Made by a program: the position numbers and the translations under genes. The notes under the pieces were generated by a model, which did no database searches, was not told the origin of the DNA, and saw only the letters and a program-made list of their open reading frames with translations. Shown piece after piece: positions 30,574-40,001 of a stretch of 64,000 bases of DNA; positions within the stretch are counted from its first letter, which is position 1; each line of letters opens with the position of its first letter. Source of the stretch: Oceanispirochaeta sp. (GTDB taxonomy: Bacteria > Spirochaetota > Spirochaetia > DSM-2461); the NCBI GenBank assembly GCA_963666275.2, contig CAXXOA010000001.1:864001-928000 (forward strand), given 5' to 3'.

Positions 30574-32088
30574 CTAAGGGACGGACGCTGATATCATCGC
30601 GTTCAAACATTCATGTACATTTACAGTGGCAAAACTGGTTGAATAATCGCTCATTGCATAGGGGATAATCAATTCTCCATTATGTATGATGCTGCCGCAG
30701 GAATAGATAACATTGGGAACATATCCCTCCCTTTCTGTTTCGTTGGGTGACAACAAGGGGCTCGTCAAGCGGCCAATCACCTTGGATGGGTCCTTAAGAT
30801 CCAGTAAAAAGGCACCCAGGCAGTATTTCCGCATAGCTCCCACACCATGACTCAATACCAGCCAACCCGCTTCAGTCTCTATGGGGGATCCACAGGTTCC
30901 GATTTTAAACAGCTCCCAGTCCATAAAGGGCTTTAGCAGTATTTTGGGCGTTTGCCAGAAATGGATATTATCTGAAAACATCAGTGATATATTCTCATCA
31001 TCCTGACGGGACAGCATGGCGAATTGATGGTTTATTTTTTTGGGGAACAGGGCCATTCCTTTATTTTGAACGGCTGGACCGTTCAGTGTTATGAATTTAA
31101 ATTGGAGAAAATCCTTGGTCTCCAGTAATTGAGGAATGGTTAATTTTCCATCATAGGCCGTATAGGTTGCATAATAGGTACAGCTGAGGTCTTCATCTTG
31201 AAACCGGACAAAACGGGCATCTTCGATCCCATTGTGTTCTGTAGGACCTCTGGGAAAGAGAATCCTCTGCGAAAAGGGGCTTTCGGAGTCAAAACATACT
31301 TCATAATTGGATTTGGCCAGTAACAGAATACCATGGAGACTTCTATCGGCTATGGTATCCATGGGGTTCATTTTCTTTCTTTCTGTTTTAAGCAGAATAC
31401 AAAGTTCATCCATGGTGAAATATTCGGGAAGAGAATCCATCACTTTTCGGCAGAAATGATTGTGCAGTCCCGCTTCCCCTAGTTTTCTGAAGAAGAGATC
31501 TTTTTTATACTTGAAATGAGGTAAATACTCGGGTTCGCAAATATAAGGGCCATGAGGTATGAGTGTTATTTCTTTTTTTGCGTTTATCCGGCCTTCCCGA
31601 AAGGTGATTGAAGATATATGCCCCTCTCCTATGGCTCTTAAGCTGAGAATGAAGCGGATTGAATCCTCAGGTAAATCGGTCTGATCCGGATGAATGACCA
31701 GGGATGGATTCAGTAAGGCTGCTGACTCCGGTGAATATTCATGGCAAAAATAAGCTCCTATAAGAGTTTTACGCTTATCAGAGATGTGAAGATCATCATG
31801 TATATAGTCCATTATTTCTTTATAGCGATTATCGAATGACTTCTTTATATCCAGATGTCTGTCTTTGAATTCCTTAATCACCTCGGTCAGTTTTGTGGAA
31901 ACCTCTGACTCCGAAAGAGACTGAATCCTAGAGATAATATGACGTGTAATGGATTTATTTCCAGCGGAAAAGGCTCTGATCAGCACATGTGATCTTTCCG
32001 GGATAAGTGTGGGGCCAATCCTTCTGGCATTCACTACAGGTCTATTCTCCACATCATTTAGATTCCTTGGTAAGGCCGTTTTTTTCAT
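30574..32088 (-). CDS. GH130-like glycosidase/phosphorylase
   Basis: LSLRAIGEGHISSI, NGIEDARFV, NKGMALFP and EREGYVPNVIYSCG. Confidence 0.85.
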   Translation of the reverse strand: MKKTALPRNLNDVENRPVVNARRIGPTLIPERSHVLIRAFSAGNKSITRHIISRIQSLSESEVSTKLTEVIKEFKDRHLDIKKSFDNRYKEIMDYIHDDLHISDKRKTLIGAYFCHEYSPESAALLNPSLVIHPDQTDLPEDSIRFILSLRAIGEGHISSITFREGRINAKKEITLIPHGPYICEPEYLPHFKYKKDLFFRKLGEAGLHNHFCRKVMDSLPEYFTMDELCILLKTERKKMNPMDTIADRSLHGILLLAKSNYEVCFDSESPFSQRILFPRGPTEHNGIEDARFVRFQDEDLSCTYYATYTAYDGKLTIPQLLETKDFLQFKFITLNGPAVQNKGMALFPKKINHQFAMLSRQDDENISLMFSDNIHFWQTPKILLKPFMDWELFKIGTCGSPIETEAGWLVLSHGVGAMRKYCLGAFLLDLKDPSKVIGRLTSPLLSPNETEREGYVPNVIYSCGSIIHNGELIIPYAMSDYSTSFATVNVHECLNAMISASVP

Positions 32089-32101
32089 ATTCCTGACTTC
32101 C

Positions 32102-34378
32102 CTAAGATTTCAGTTTAAAACTGATAAGTTTGCTTTTTAAAAGATACATTTCTTCCTGAGAGAGGAGAAACGCCAAGGTCGATTCAGCCCCCTGATTCTG
32201 GCTAAGTCTGTCTATGTGAAGCCCGTCTCTGCAGCCTCCGCTTTCAGGATCGTACATGGGCTGTTCCAGATCGTTCCTTCCTAAAAACCATTCAAAAACC
32301 ATCCGGGCTTCTTCTGCCCAATAAATTTCTCCGGTTGTATTGAAAGCCTCAATACATGCTGAAATCGTAGCCTGGGCTTCAATAGGTTGCTGGTCGAAAA
32401 GAGCTTTGTCCTTGCCCTTTGGATAGAATCCGTTTGATCCGATTGCATGAAAAACCCCATTATCGGATTTCTGTATGGACAGAAGCCAGGAAAGTGTTTC
32501 TATTCCTTTATCTACGGCCTCCTTATTATTCATCTCTCTTCCGCTGCTGATCAGTGCGTGAGATAATTTTGCATTGACATAAGTGACCCCGTCCTCAAAC
32601 CAGGGCCAGTCAGGGGATGCGGCATCATTCAGCCTCTGCATCAGCTTCTCCACCAGTTCAACCCTTATCAATTCCGCTCTGCGGTCTCCGCTGAATTGGT
32701 GCAGATATTCATTTATACCAATAAGGGTAAAGGCCCAGGCCCGGGGTGATGTAAAACTGGTAACCACGGGTAAAGCGATTTCAAATAGACTGGCCGCCAG
32801 GAGCTGAAAGCGCTTATGCCTTCTGTGGCCCATGGACATTCCCAATGCCCAAAGAGCCTGGCCGTGGCAGTCTTCTGAGCCTGGCTGGTCTATCCAATTT
32901 CTATTGAAGTTCATGAAATTGCGGAATCGTTTGTTCGCGTGATCAAAGGCATGATTCAGAAAGGCTGCATAGACCACTGCCAGCTGATTGCTTTTATAAG
33001 TGCAGCGGCCTGTCCGTTGCAGAAGCAGTGTATATAGAAAGGCCCTGGCGTTGTCATCGGTACAATAGCCATGTTCAAAATTGGGAACTGTAAAGGATGC
33101 ATGCTGAAATATCCCTGTGGAATCACTTAAATTATAAAGATGATCAAGATTTAAAAGAGGCAATAAAGTAGGAAACTTATCCAGAGAAATTATGACCGAA
33201 GGTTGCCTGTTTTTTGAAGGATAGATGGAACAGGCTTCATCAAAGGTTTTCATATATTGCCTGGCAACAGAACTCCACGTCATGGTCCGTCCCAGTATAA
33301 AGGCGTCTTTTCTCATTTTATGCCGTTGGGATGAATGGGATAATAATTCAATGGCTGCATCCGAAATGGCCTTATAATCACAAAATGGCACCAGTAGTCC
33401 TCTGCCCTCGGCCAATAATTCACTGGCATGCCAGTAGGGCGTGGAAATAACAGCATTACCTGTACCAAAGGCGTATGCCAGGGTTCCTGAGGTGATTTGC
33501 GCTTCTGTCAGATAGGGTGTTAGGTATATATCGCTGGAACCGATAAAGCGTAGCAATTCATCCAATTCCACAAAGCGATTGATAAAAACAACGTTTTTTT
33601 GAATCTCAAGGTTTTTTGCCAACAATTCCAAACTGAGTCGGTAAAGCTCTCCGTCCTTCTTTAATAAATGGGGATGTGTCTGCCCTACTACAATGAATAC
33701 CGTATTGGGAAATTTCTCAAGAATCTGTGGCATGGCCTGCAGGCCGTATTCGATCCCCTTGTTGGGAGAGAGCAGGCCAAAGGTAAGAATAACCTGTTTC
33801 CCCGCCACGCCGAACTCATCCTTGAAATAATTGGGATCGGCAAAGGGAATATCGGGAATTCCGTGGGGGATCAGACTAATCATATCCTCCGATGCACCAT
33901 AGACGTTTTTCAGTATTTCCTTTCCCTTTAAGGTCATAACAATGAGCCGGGAGGATAATTGAATGATTTCAAGCATGACTTTCATCTGGTCGGGATTGGG
34001 AGATTCAAGCAGAGTATGGAGAGTGGTGGCTATAGGCATCTTCAATATATGCATAAGAGCCAGAATATGGCTTCCCGCATCACCGCCATAAATACCGAAT
34101 TCATGCTCTATGCAGACCATATCGACATTGGCCATATTCAGGAAATCAGCTGCCCTGAGATAGGAATTCAAATCCTGTTCCATGATTTCAAACCTTACTT
34201 CTTCAGGATAATCATAACCATCAGGAATATCGTTCACAGGAACGACAAGACATTTTTTTTCTGGGAACTCCTGTGATAGGGATGTACATAAATCCTTTGT
34301 GAAAGTTGCTATTCCGCACTTTCTCGGTAGATAATTGCCGATAACGGCGATTTTTTTAATCTCGGTATTTTGCTGCAA
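32102..34378 (-). CDS. GT4 glycosyltransferase with C-terminal six-hairpin-like domain
   Basis: PRKCGIATFT, HEFGIYGG and SGTLAYA; C-terminal GYCTDDNARA and NQGAESTLA. Confidence 0.88.
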   Translation of the reverse strand: MQQNTEIKKIAVIGNYLPRKCGIATFTKDLCTSLSQEFPEKKCLVVPVNDIPDGYDYPEEVRFEIMEQDLNSYLRAADFLNMANVDMVCIEHEFGIYGGDAGSHILALMHILKMPIATTLHTLLESPNPDQMKVMLEIIQLSSRLIVMTLKGKEILKNVYGASEDMISLIPHGIPDIPFADPNYFKDEFGVAGKQVILTFGLLSPNKGIEYGLQAMPQILEKFPNTVFIVVGQTHPHLLKKDGELYRLSLELLAKNLEIQKNVVFINRFVELDELLRFIGSSDIYLTPYLTEAQITSGTLAYAFGTGNAVISTPYWHASELLAEGRGLLVPFCDYKAISDAAIELLSHSSQRHKMRKDAFILGRTMTWSSVARQYMKTFDEACSIYPSKNRQPSVIISLDKFPTLLPLLNLDHLYNLSDSTGIFQHASFTVPNFEHGYCTDDNARAFLYTLLLQRTGRCTYKSNQLAVVYAAFLNHAFDHANKRFRNFMNFNRNWIDQPGSEDCHGQALWALGMSMGHRRHKRFQLLAASLFEIALPVVTSFTSPRAWAFTLIGINEYLHQFSGDRRAELIRVELVEKLMQRLNDAASPDWPWFEDGVTYVNAKLSHALISSGREMNNKEAVDKGIETLSWLLSIQKSDNGVFHAIGSNGFYPKGKDKALFDQQPIEAQATISACIEAFNTTGEIYWAEEARMVFEWFLGRNDLEQPMYDPESGGCRDGLHIDRLSQNQGAESTLAFLLSQEEMYLLKSKLISFKLKS

Positions 34379-34548
34379 TGTTCACTCGATATGTGTCTGA
34401 GTTTCAGCAGAAACTCGCATAATATAAAGCAGGGCATATGAAAGGTTTAAGCATGTAGTTAATACTTACCTCTAAAATCAAGCGCAAGATAAGGATTATC
34501 TTTCTGTTTGAAGGATAATCATTTCTTGTCTTCTTAATGTAAATATAC

Positions 34549-34650
34549 TCATTTAATCCTTAATGAACAAATCTTTCCTCCTATCCCAATGACCTCAATA
34601 ACGTTTCCACATATTTCACATCTGTAAATCTGTTTTTTTTCAGTAGTCAT
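34549..34650 (-). pseudogene. Truncated desulfoferrodoxin/desulforedoxin-like N-terminal fragment
   Basis: GGAGG RBS; MTTEKKQIYRCEICGNVIEVIGIGGKICSLRIK* has the first CxxC but lacks the CC pair. Confidence 0.6.
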
Positions 34651-34701
34651 TTTAATCCTCCAGGATTTTTATCATTGATTCCAGCCTGATCGGGAGCGAA
34701 A

Positions 34702-35454
34702 TCAGGTTGTTACTTTCTCGACCCAGTAACCCACGCGATTGTAATGACCATGCAGTTTCCCCTCATAATCCCGTGAAAGCATCTTTTTCCCGGTGTATTC
34801 AGGCGACTCTTTAACGGTCTCACGGTTAAGATTAACAATAACCTTCATTTCATCCCAACTGACCCGTTCTATCCATTTTGGAGAAATCAGCACTTTCCTA
34901 CCGGGCAACCAATTTCGTGTATCCACTACCAGATAACGGATTTTCCAGGTCTCATCATGTAGAATGTAGTCTTCCACATGACCTATTTCTCCGTCCTTAG
35001 CCTGAATGTGATATCCCTGTACCGCGTAGTAACTGCGTAAATGTGGGTTCCAGGATTTTCCCGCCCTATTTTTTGACCCTATTTCTGGGTGAGGAACCAT
35101 GAAAGACTCATTACCCCAGGTGTATGATCCGTACCAATATACAGGCCATCCGTAGTACTCGTAGTAGGATTCTTCGAATTGCTGTGAGACCGGCTTATCG
35201 TTCTCCAACGAGGGACTGCCCTCAATTTGTTTCTTCGTCAAATCGACGGCTACCTGACGCTTGTCCTCATTCATGGACAGCAATGCATAGGGTGAGATTA
35301 ATACACGTCTTTCCTTCAGCCAGTTTCCGGTATCTACCACCAAATAACGGACGGCCCAGTGCCGGTCATCAAAATAGAACTCCTTAACCTTTCCTATTTC
35401 TCCATCTCGGCTTTGTAATGTGTAACCTGTCAAATCTTTTACAGTTGTCAACAT
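34702..35454 (-). CDS. Tandem PRC-barrel domain protein
   Basis: Two repeats of DGEIG.V..F..DD..W..RYLVVDT.NWL..R.VLISP; ATG at 35454 after GGAGG. Confidence 0.9.
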   Translation of the reverse strand: MLTTVKDLTGYTLQSRDGEIGKVKEFYFDDRHWAVRYLVVDTGNWLKERRVLISPYALLSMNEDKRQVAVDLTKKQIEGSPSLENDKPVSQQFEESYYEYYGWPVYWYGSYTWGNESFMVPHPEIGSKNRAGKSWNPHLRSYYAVQGYHIQAKDGEIGHVEDYILHDETWKIRYLVVDTRNWLPGRKVLISPKWIERVSWDEMKVIVNLNRETVKESPEYTGKKMLSRDYEGKLHGHYNRVGYWVEKVTT

Positions 35455-35482
35455 AAAGCGATACCTCCAATTAGTTAGTATT

Positions 35483-35528
35483 ACGATAATGAATATCAGA
35501 GGGTTCGTCTGTTCGATAGCGCACACTG
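35483..35528 (-). promoter_or_regulatory. Palindromic operator 3 plus -10 box
   Basis: On the minus strand: CAGTGTGCG-CTAT-CGAACAGAC (35528-35507), then 18 bp, then TATCGT. Confidence 0.75.
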
Positions 35529-35558
35529 AAGGATGTTTTACATAAGAAAATGTCCGGC

Positions 35559-36068
35559 ATGGGGATCGATAAAAAAAATATCCGCCGGGTCATACACTTT
35601 GATCTGCCGAAATCCATTGAAAACTACAGTCAGGAGATCGGCCGGGCCGGACGGGACGGGCAGAAGTCTCTCTGCCGGGTTTACAGTGATATAAGCAATC
35701 TTTCTGTGCTGGAAAATTTTGTCTATGGGGATACTCCCGACAGACAGGCCGTCCGGAGGATCCTTTCTAGGATCAGAGAGTGTGACAAACTATGGGAAGT
35801 CAAACTCTCCGAGTTAAGTCGGGATTCCAATATACGGACTCTGCCTCGGCTGGATGAAAAAGGAGTGGCCGGACTGCTTGAACAGTTCCTGCCCCTGTCC
35901 GGGCAGGAGAGAACCTCTGCCAATCTGGCTAAATTCCTCTGCGGCATCAATATGCCCTTTTTTACCTCTATCAGAGCAAAAACTCTGGGAGGTTTCGGGA
36001 GTCTTGAGAAATATCCCTTCGCACAGGTCCGGGATTTTCTGGAGGAGACTCCCTTCTGGAAGGAGTGA
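35559..36068 (+). pseudogene. recQ: RecQ-family helicase, displaced 3' half, probably with an internal deletion
   Basis: [34 protein letters not shown] (motifs V-VI). The sequence after SNIRTLP (~35846) seems short for the family. Confidence 0.85.
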
Positions 36069-36075
36069 TGGAGAG

Positions 36076-36594
36076 TTACAGATACCTGACGATCTGATCC
36101 AGATCTTTTCTTCTGCTGTTGCCTGCAGGTTTCCCCGAATCGGCAGGATACCCCAGGGGGGTGATGGCAAAGACTCTCTCGTCTTCAGAAAGATCCAGAG
36201 CCTCTGTCAGCTTGAAAGGATCGAAGGCGGCAATCCAGCAGGTTCCAATGCCCTGTTCTGCCGCTGCCAGAATCATATGATCCATGGCTATGGTCAGATC
36301 GGTTTCCAGGGAACGGTAACCGTCGGCCTGCCTCTGCCAGCAGTGGCTGTAGGATCCTTTCACAACAAGCACTGCCGGAGCCTGGGCAAGCCAGTTTCTG
36401 GGATAGGACTCTTGGACTTTTGCCAGATACTCCCGGGATTCTATGATCAGAAATTCCCAGGGCTGCTGATTGTTGGCAGAAGGGGCGGCCTGTCCCGCCT
36501 GGAGAATATATTCTATCACTTCCCGTGGAATCTTCCGTTCTGAGTCAAAAGCTCTTATGCTTCGTCTGTTTTTTACTAAATCAAGAAATTTCAT
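36076..36594 (-). CDS. Nitroreductase family protein
   Basis: RRSIRAF, APSANNQQPWEF, LAAAEQGIGTCWI and PLGYP. Confidence 0.92.
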   Translation of the reverse strand: MKFLDLVKNRRSIRAFDSERKIPREVIEYILQAGQAAPSANNQQPWEFLIIESREYLAKVQESYPRNWLAQAPAVLVVKGSYSHCWQRQADGYRSLETDLTIAMDHMILAAAEQGIGTCWIAAFDPFKLTEALDLSEDERVFAITPLGYPADSGKPAGNSRRKDLDQIVRYL

Positions 36595-36686
36595 AGCTCT
36601 TACTCCCGTGATGTCTATTATTTACCACCCCTATTGTAACAGGTTCTGTTTTTACGATGCAATTGCCGGCTGTTTCCGGGGCTGTC

Positions 36687-39158
36687 TCAGTATTCCAGAA
36701 ACTTCCCGTATTCGGACAGTTCCTCCGGAACAGAACGGCTCTTTTTCTCAAACTTGATGAGCCGGGATTTCAGTTTCAGTATTTCCTTCTGCTGCCTGTT
36801 CTGATAGCGGTTCTCCAGAATTTTAAAATCCGGTTTCAGGGCCATTTCATTCCGTTTTTTCAGAGGGAAGGGGCAGAACCTGTAGAAAATCTCCCGGGCA
36901 AAGCTGTTCAGACGGATTTTCCCCTCATATTCAAACTGAACCCAGGAGATGTAGTCCCTGGCAAAGCGGTCGTCATCGGATTTTGTTTTTTTGATAAACT
37001 CTTCCAGCCGCTTTTTGGCTTCAAGGGTAATATTGGGATTTTTTCTATAGTAGCGTATATAGTCGTAATACACCCCCACCAGTCCTCCCTCTACAGGGTC
37101 GGTCCAGTTGTAACCGGCAATGGTTTTCTGAAGCTCCCATCTGTATTTAGCCAGCTGGTAAAGAAGATTCTCCTCGATTTTCTCTGCAAAGAGGCAGGGA
37201 AAAAAGAGGCGTCCCGGGGTCTGCTTGCTGTTTCCCTCCATCTCCTGCCACATCACGGATCTTGTTCCGAAAACAGGGTATAAAATGAAATTGGGAATGA
37301 TCTCTTTTTTAATAAAATCCGCACCCAGATCATGTTTGAAAAGGACCTCCCTGTAGAAAAGGGAGAAGTCTCTGGACTTGCAGAACAGAACCGACTGGGC
37401 GATCCTGTCGGGATCCAGGAAGAGCCGGGAGATGCTTCCCGAAAGGATCTGGCTGCACAGGAAGGGAAGGGTTTTCACCCTGTTTCCATTCAGTACCGTA
37501 GATATATCGCCGGCAATCTTTCTCAATTCAAAGCGGACCCGGTCTTCGGGGGTATCTTCATAGATATAGGCTGCCTTTTTCTCCCGGGGAGTGAGCTTTT
37601 TCTGGGCCTGGAGCAAAGTGGAAAAAAGATCGCCCATACCGGTCATACTGGGAGAGACCTCACCTTTGTAGATTTTCTCAAGAAAGTAGGGCAGGGTCAT
37701 GACAGGTATTTCGTAATCCACAAAAAGAGTGCCCGCATAGAGCCTGTCAATCTCCAGGAGCTCCTTTTCGGTCAGAAGCCTTTCGTCCACAACGCCGAAA
37801 TGGAGCATGATTCCGGGAATAAAACCCTTAAGATCTGAATCGATGACCTTAAGAAAGCAGCTTTCATAGAGCTGCCAGTACATCTTGCCAAGCTTCTCCC
37901 GCAGGGCGTTCAATTCGGGAATATTTTCAAACTGATTCTCCCTGGCCAGGAAGATCTCCATTGATTCTGTAAACTCATTCCTGAACGAATCATCGAGGGG
38001 GGAGAAGTCCAGGATCCTCCGGAGAAGGCCTTTGTACTTCTTCAGCCGTTTGGCCTTCTCTTCCGACTCGGCAGAAGGAGCGGCTGCCCCAGAGACACTG
38101 TCTTCCCTTGGCTCCTGAAAGCTTGTGTATTTTTTCAAGACAGAAAATATTTTGTAGTCCCTGAAGATATCTCTGCCCAGCAGTATCTGTGTATCCTTCC
38201 GGCATCTCCAGCTGAATTTGGAAAGGAAATGCATGAAATTGTTTTTTCTCAGTTCCTCCCTGTCGGGAATCCTGAGGGCGGATACGGCCCATCCCTCATC
38301 GGAGAAGACTTTTTCTATAAGATCATGAATGCTGCCGCTGATGGCAATCGATGCTTCTGTTATGGTGGCTATAGTCTGTTTCAGAAAGGTGAAGATGTAG
38401 TTATTGGTTGGTTCATCTTTTTCAAAAAGGGCATTCAGGATTTTATCGGGTTTACTGAGAATCCTTTTTATAAACAGAAACTGTTTATAGTCGAAAAGAT
38501 CCTCCAGGCGGATCCTGTCCTGTTCTTCATAGAGATTCAGCTGATCCTGGATCGTTCCCAGAAAGAGATTGTACTCCCACGGAGCGGGACGCCTGTCTTC
38601 TTCAAGTTCTGATTTCAGAAATCCCGAATACTCGAACAGGCTGCCCGATTCCCTTGTAATTCTCTGTTCCGAATAGATCGTATCCGATGGGATCCCCAGG
38701 GCAATCGTATCAGCGATGGAGGCATACTTGTGCCAGAGGTATTTGTAGTTGGTATAGAGATAGAGGGCTGACTCGATACGGCTGCACATGGACCTGAGAA
38801 CCCTCAGGTTCAGGGCCTTATTCTCCTGCAGATAGACCTGCATGGAGGCTTCATCCTGAGGGAGGGCGGTGACGAGGCATTCCGAAACTGTCCGGAAAGA
38901 TCTCAAACTGACCGAGTCTTCATTGAAAAGCCCTCCCAGTCCGATAACCGCATCGCCCTTTATCAGTCCGAAACGAAGACTTTTTCCGAGTATCTCTTCG
39001 TCAGAATCTCCATCCGAAAGCTGTGATGTATGAAGAGCTTCTACCATTCCCGATTCAATAATGATCAGAGACCGGCATGTCTCTCCCTGTATAAGAATTG
39101 TCGTTCCCGGGGGAATGGCACTCTTGCTGTGTTTTTCAGATAAATCCAGTTTTTTCAT
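36687..39158 (-). CDS. Large cyclic-nucleotide-binding domain protein of unknown function
   Basis: N-terminal ILIQGETCRSLIIIESGMVE..RSFRTVSEC is cNMP-like; followed by a long helical C-terminal region; 823 aa. Confidence 0.7.
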   Translation of the reverse strand: MKKLDLSEKHSKSAIPPGTTILIQGETCRSLIIIESGMVEALHTSQLSDGDSDEEILGKSLRFGLIKGDAVIGLGGLFNEDSVSLRSFRTVSECLVTALPQDEASMQVYLQENKALNLRVLRSMCSRIESALYLYTNYKYLWHKYASIADTIALGIPSDTIYSEQRITRESGSLFEYSGFLKSELEEDRRPAPWEYNLFLGTIQDQLNLYEEQDRIRLEDLFDYKQFLFIKRILSKPDKILNALFEKDEPTNNYIFTFLKQTIATITEASIAISGSIHDLIEKVFSDEGWAVSALRIPDREELRKNNFMHFLSKFSWRCRKDTQILLGRDIFRDYKIFSVLKKYTSFQEPREDSVSGAAAPSAESEEKAKRLKKYKGLLRRILDFSPLDDSFRNEFTESMEIFLARENQFENIPELNALREKLGKMYWQLYESCFLKVIDSDLKGFIPGIMLHFGVVDERLLTEKELLEIDRLYAGTLFVDYEIPVMTLPYFLEKIYKGEVSPSMTGMGDLFSTLLQAQKKLTPREKKAAYIYEDTPEDRVRFELRKIAGDISTVLNGNRVKTLPFLCSQILSGSISRLFLDPDRIAQSVLFCKSRDFSLFYREVLFKHDLGADFIKKEIIPNFILYPVFGTRSVMWQEMEGNSKQTPGRLFFPCLFAEKIEENLLYQLAKYRWELQKTIAGYNWTDPVEGGLVGVYYDYIRYYRKNPNITLEAKKRLEEFIKKTKSDDDRFARDYISWVQFEYEGKIRLNSFAREIFYRFCPFPLKKRNEMALKPDFKILENRYQNRQQKEILKLKSRLIKFEKKSRSVPEELSEYGKFLEY

Positions 39159-39310
39159 ATTGGTACGCCTGTATTATAGTTCATTCCACTCTTTTTTTGA
39201 AGTTGCCGGGAAAACATCCGTCAGCTGCACAGATGAAAAAGTTCCCCCCATAAAGGATCCGCCGGGGATTGTTGAACAGTGAAACAGTCAGGGATCCGAG
39301 TCCTTTTTCC

Positions 39311-39372
39311 CTGTGTCAGATTTACACAGTCGGATCTCATCTTTTACAGAAAACTGTGTCTTCATTCCACAG
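39311..39372. promoter_or_regulatory. Two putative enhancer (UAS) palindromes
   Basis: CTGTGTCAGATTTACACAG (39311-29) and CTGTGTCTTCATTCCACAG (39354-72). Confidence 0.55.
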
Positions 39373-39480
39373 CTTTTAGCGGATTTTTGTGCGAAGATGA
39401 TCTCCTTTTTCAGCTTTTAGTATTTTTTAAATTGTTTATACATAACAAGATAATGCATTTGTTTTGTTTGTTTTTGAATT

Positions 39481-39496
39481 TGGCACAGAATCTGCA
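39481..39496 (+). promoter_or_regulatory. Sigma54 -24/-12 promoter of the hsp20 pair
   Basis: TGGCACAGAATCTGCA has exact GG-N10-GC spacing, about 40 bp before the ATG. Confidence 0.8.
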
Positions 39497-39535
39497 TATA
39501 TATTTTCAGATAACAATACAATCGGAGGTGTTGAT

Positions 39536-39994
39536 ATGGCTATTGTTAAATGGAAAAACAGGGATGTCTATGACCCCTGGCAGCAGTTTAAGAGCTTGCA
39601 GGATGAAATCAACGATCTGTTCGACTTGAACCGTACTTCTCCTTCAACAGGGTTGTTTGACAGAAATATTTCTCCTGCCATGGATGTCATTGAGGGGGAA
39701 GGGAATTTTACCCTTCGCTGTGAACTGCCCGGACTGTCGGAAAAAGATGTGGATGTTTCCTATGCCGCAGGAGTGCTGACGATCCGGGGCGAAAAGAAAG
39801 ACTCCAGAGAAGCAGAAAAAGAGAACTACTATAAAAAAGAGTCCTGGAGCGGAAGTTTTCAGAGAACCCTTTCTGTGCCCGGTTCCGTGGATCCTTCTGA
39901 AATATCAGCTGTCATGAAAGATGGCATTCTGACTGTGGTTCTTCCCAAAAAAGAAGAGGCGAAAACAAAGTCCATTCAGGTAAAGGTCCAGTAG
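39536..39994 (+). CDS. Hsp20 small heat shock protein
   Basis: GGAGG RBS; ELPGL, GVLTIRGEK and DGILTVVLPK. Confidence 0.93.
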   Translation: MAIVKWKNRDVYDPWQQFKSLQDEINDLFDLNRTSPSTGLFDRNISPAMDVIEGEGNFTLRCELPGLSEKDVDVSYAAGVLTIRGEKKDSREAEKENYYKKESWSGSFQRTLSVPGSVDPSEISAVMKDGILTVVLPKKEEAKTKSIQVKVQ

Positions 39995-40001
39995 GAGGTG
40001 T

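Larger units (their letters stand above)
19075..35566. mobile_element. ~16.5 kb genomic island inserted in recQ; no integrase in the island
   Basis: Direct repeats CGGGATGGGGAT (19071-82) and CGGCATGGGGAT (35555-66). Removing the island restores the frame [20 protein letters not shown]. Cargo is visibly AT-richer. Confidence 0.8.

Noticed and set aside
39464..39535. Longer TTG start for the first Hsp20
   Set aside because: It overlaps the sigma54 promoter; the RBS supports the ATG at 39536.
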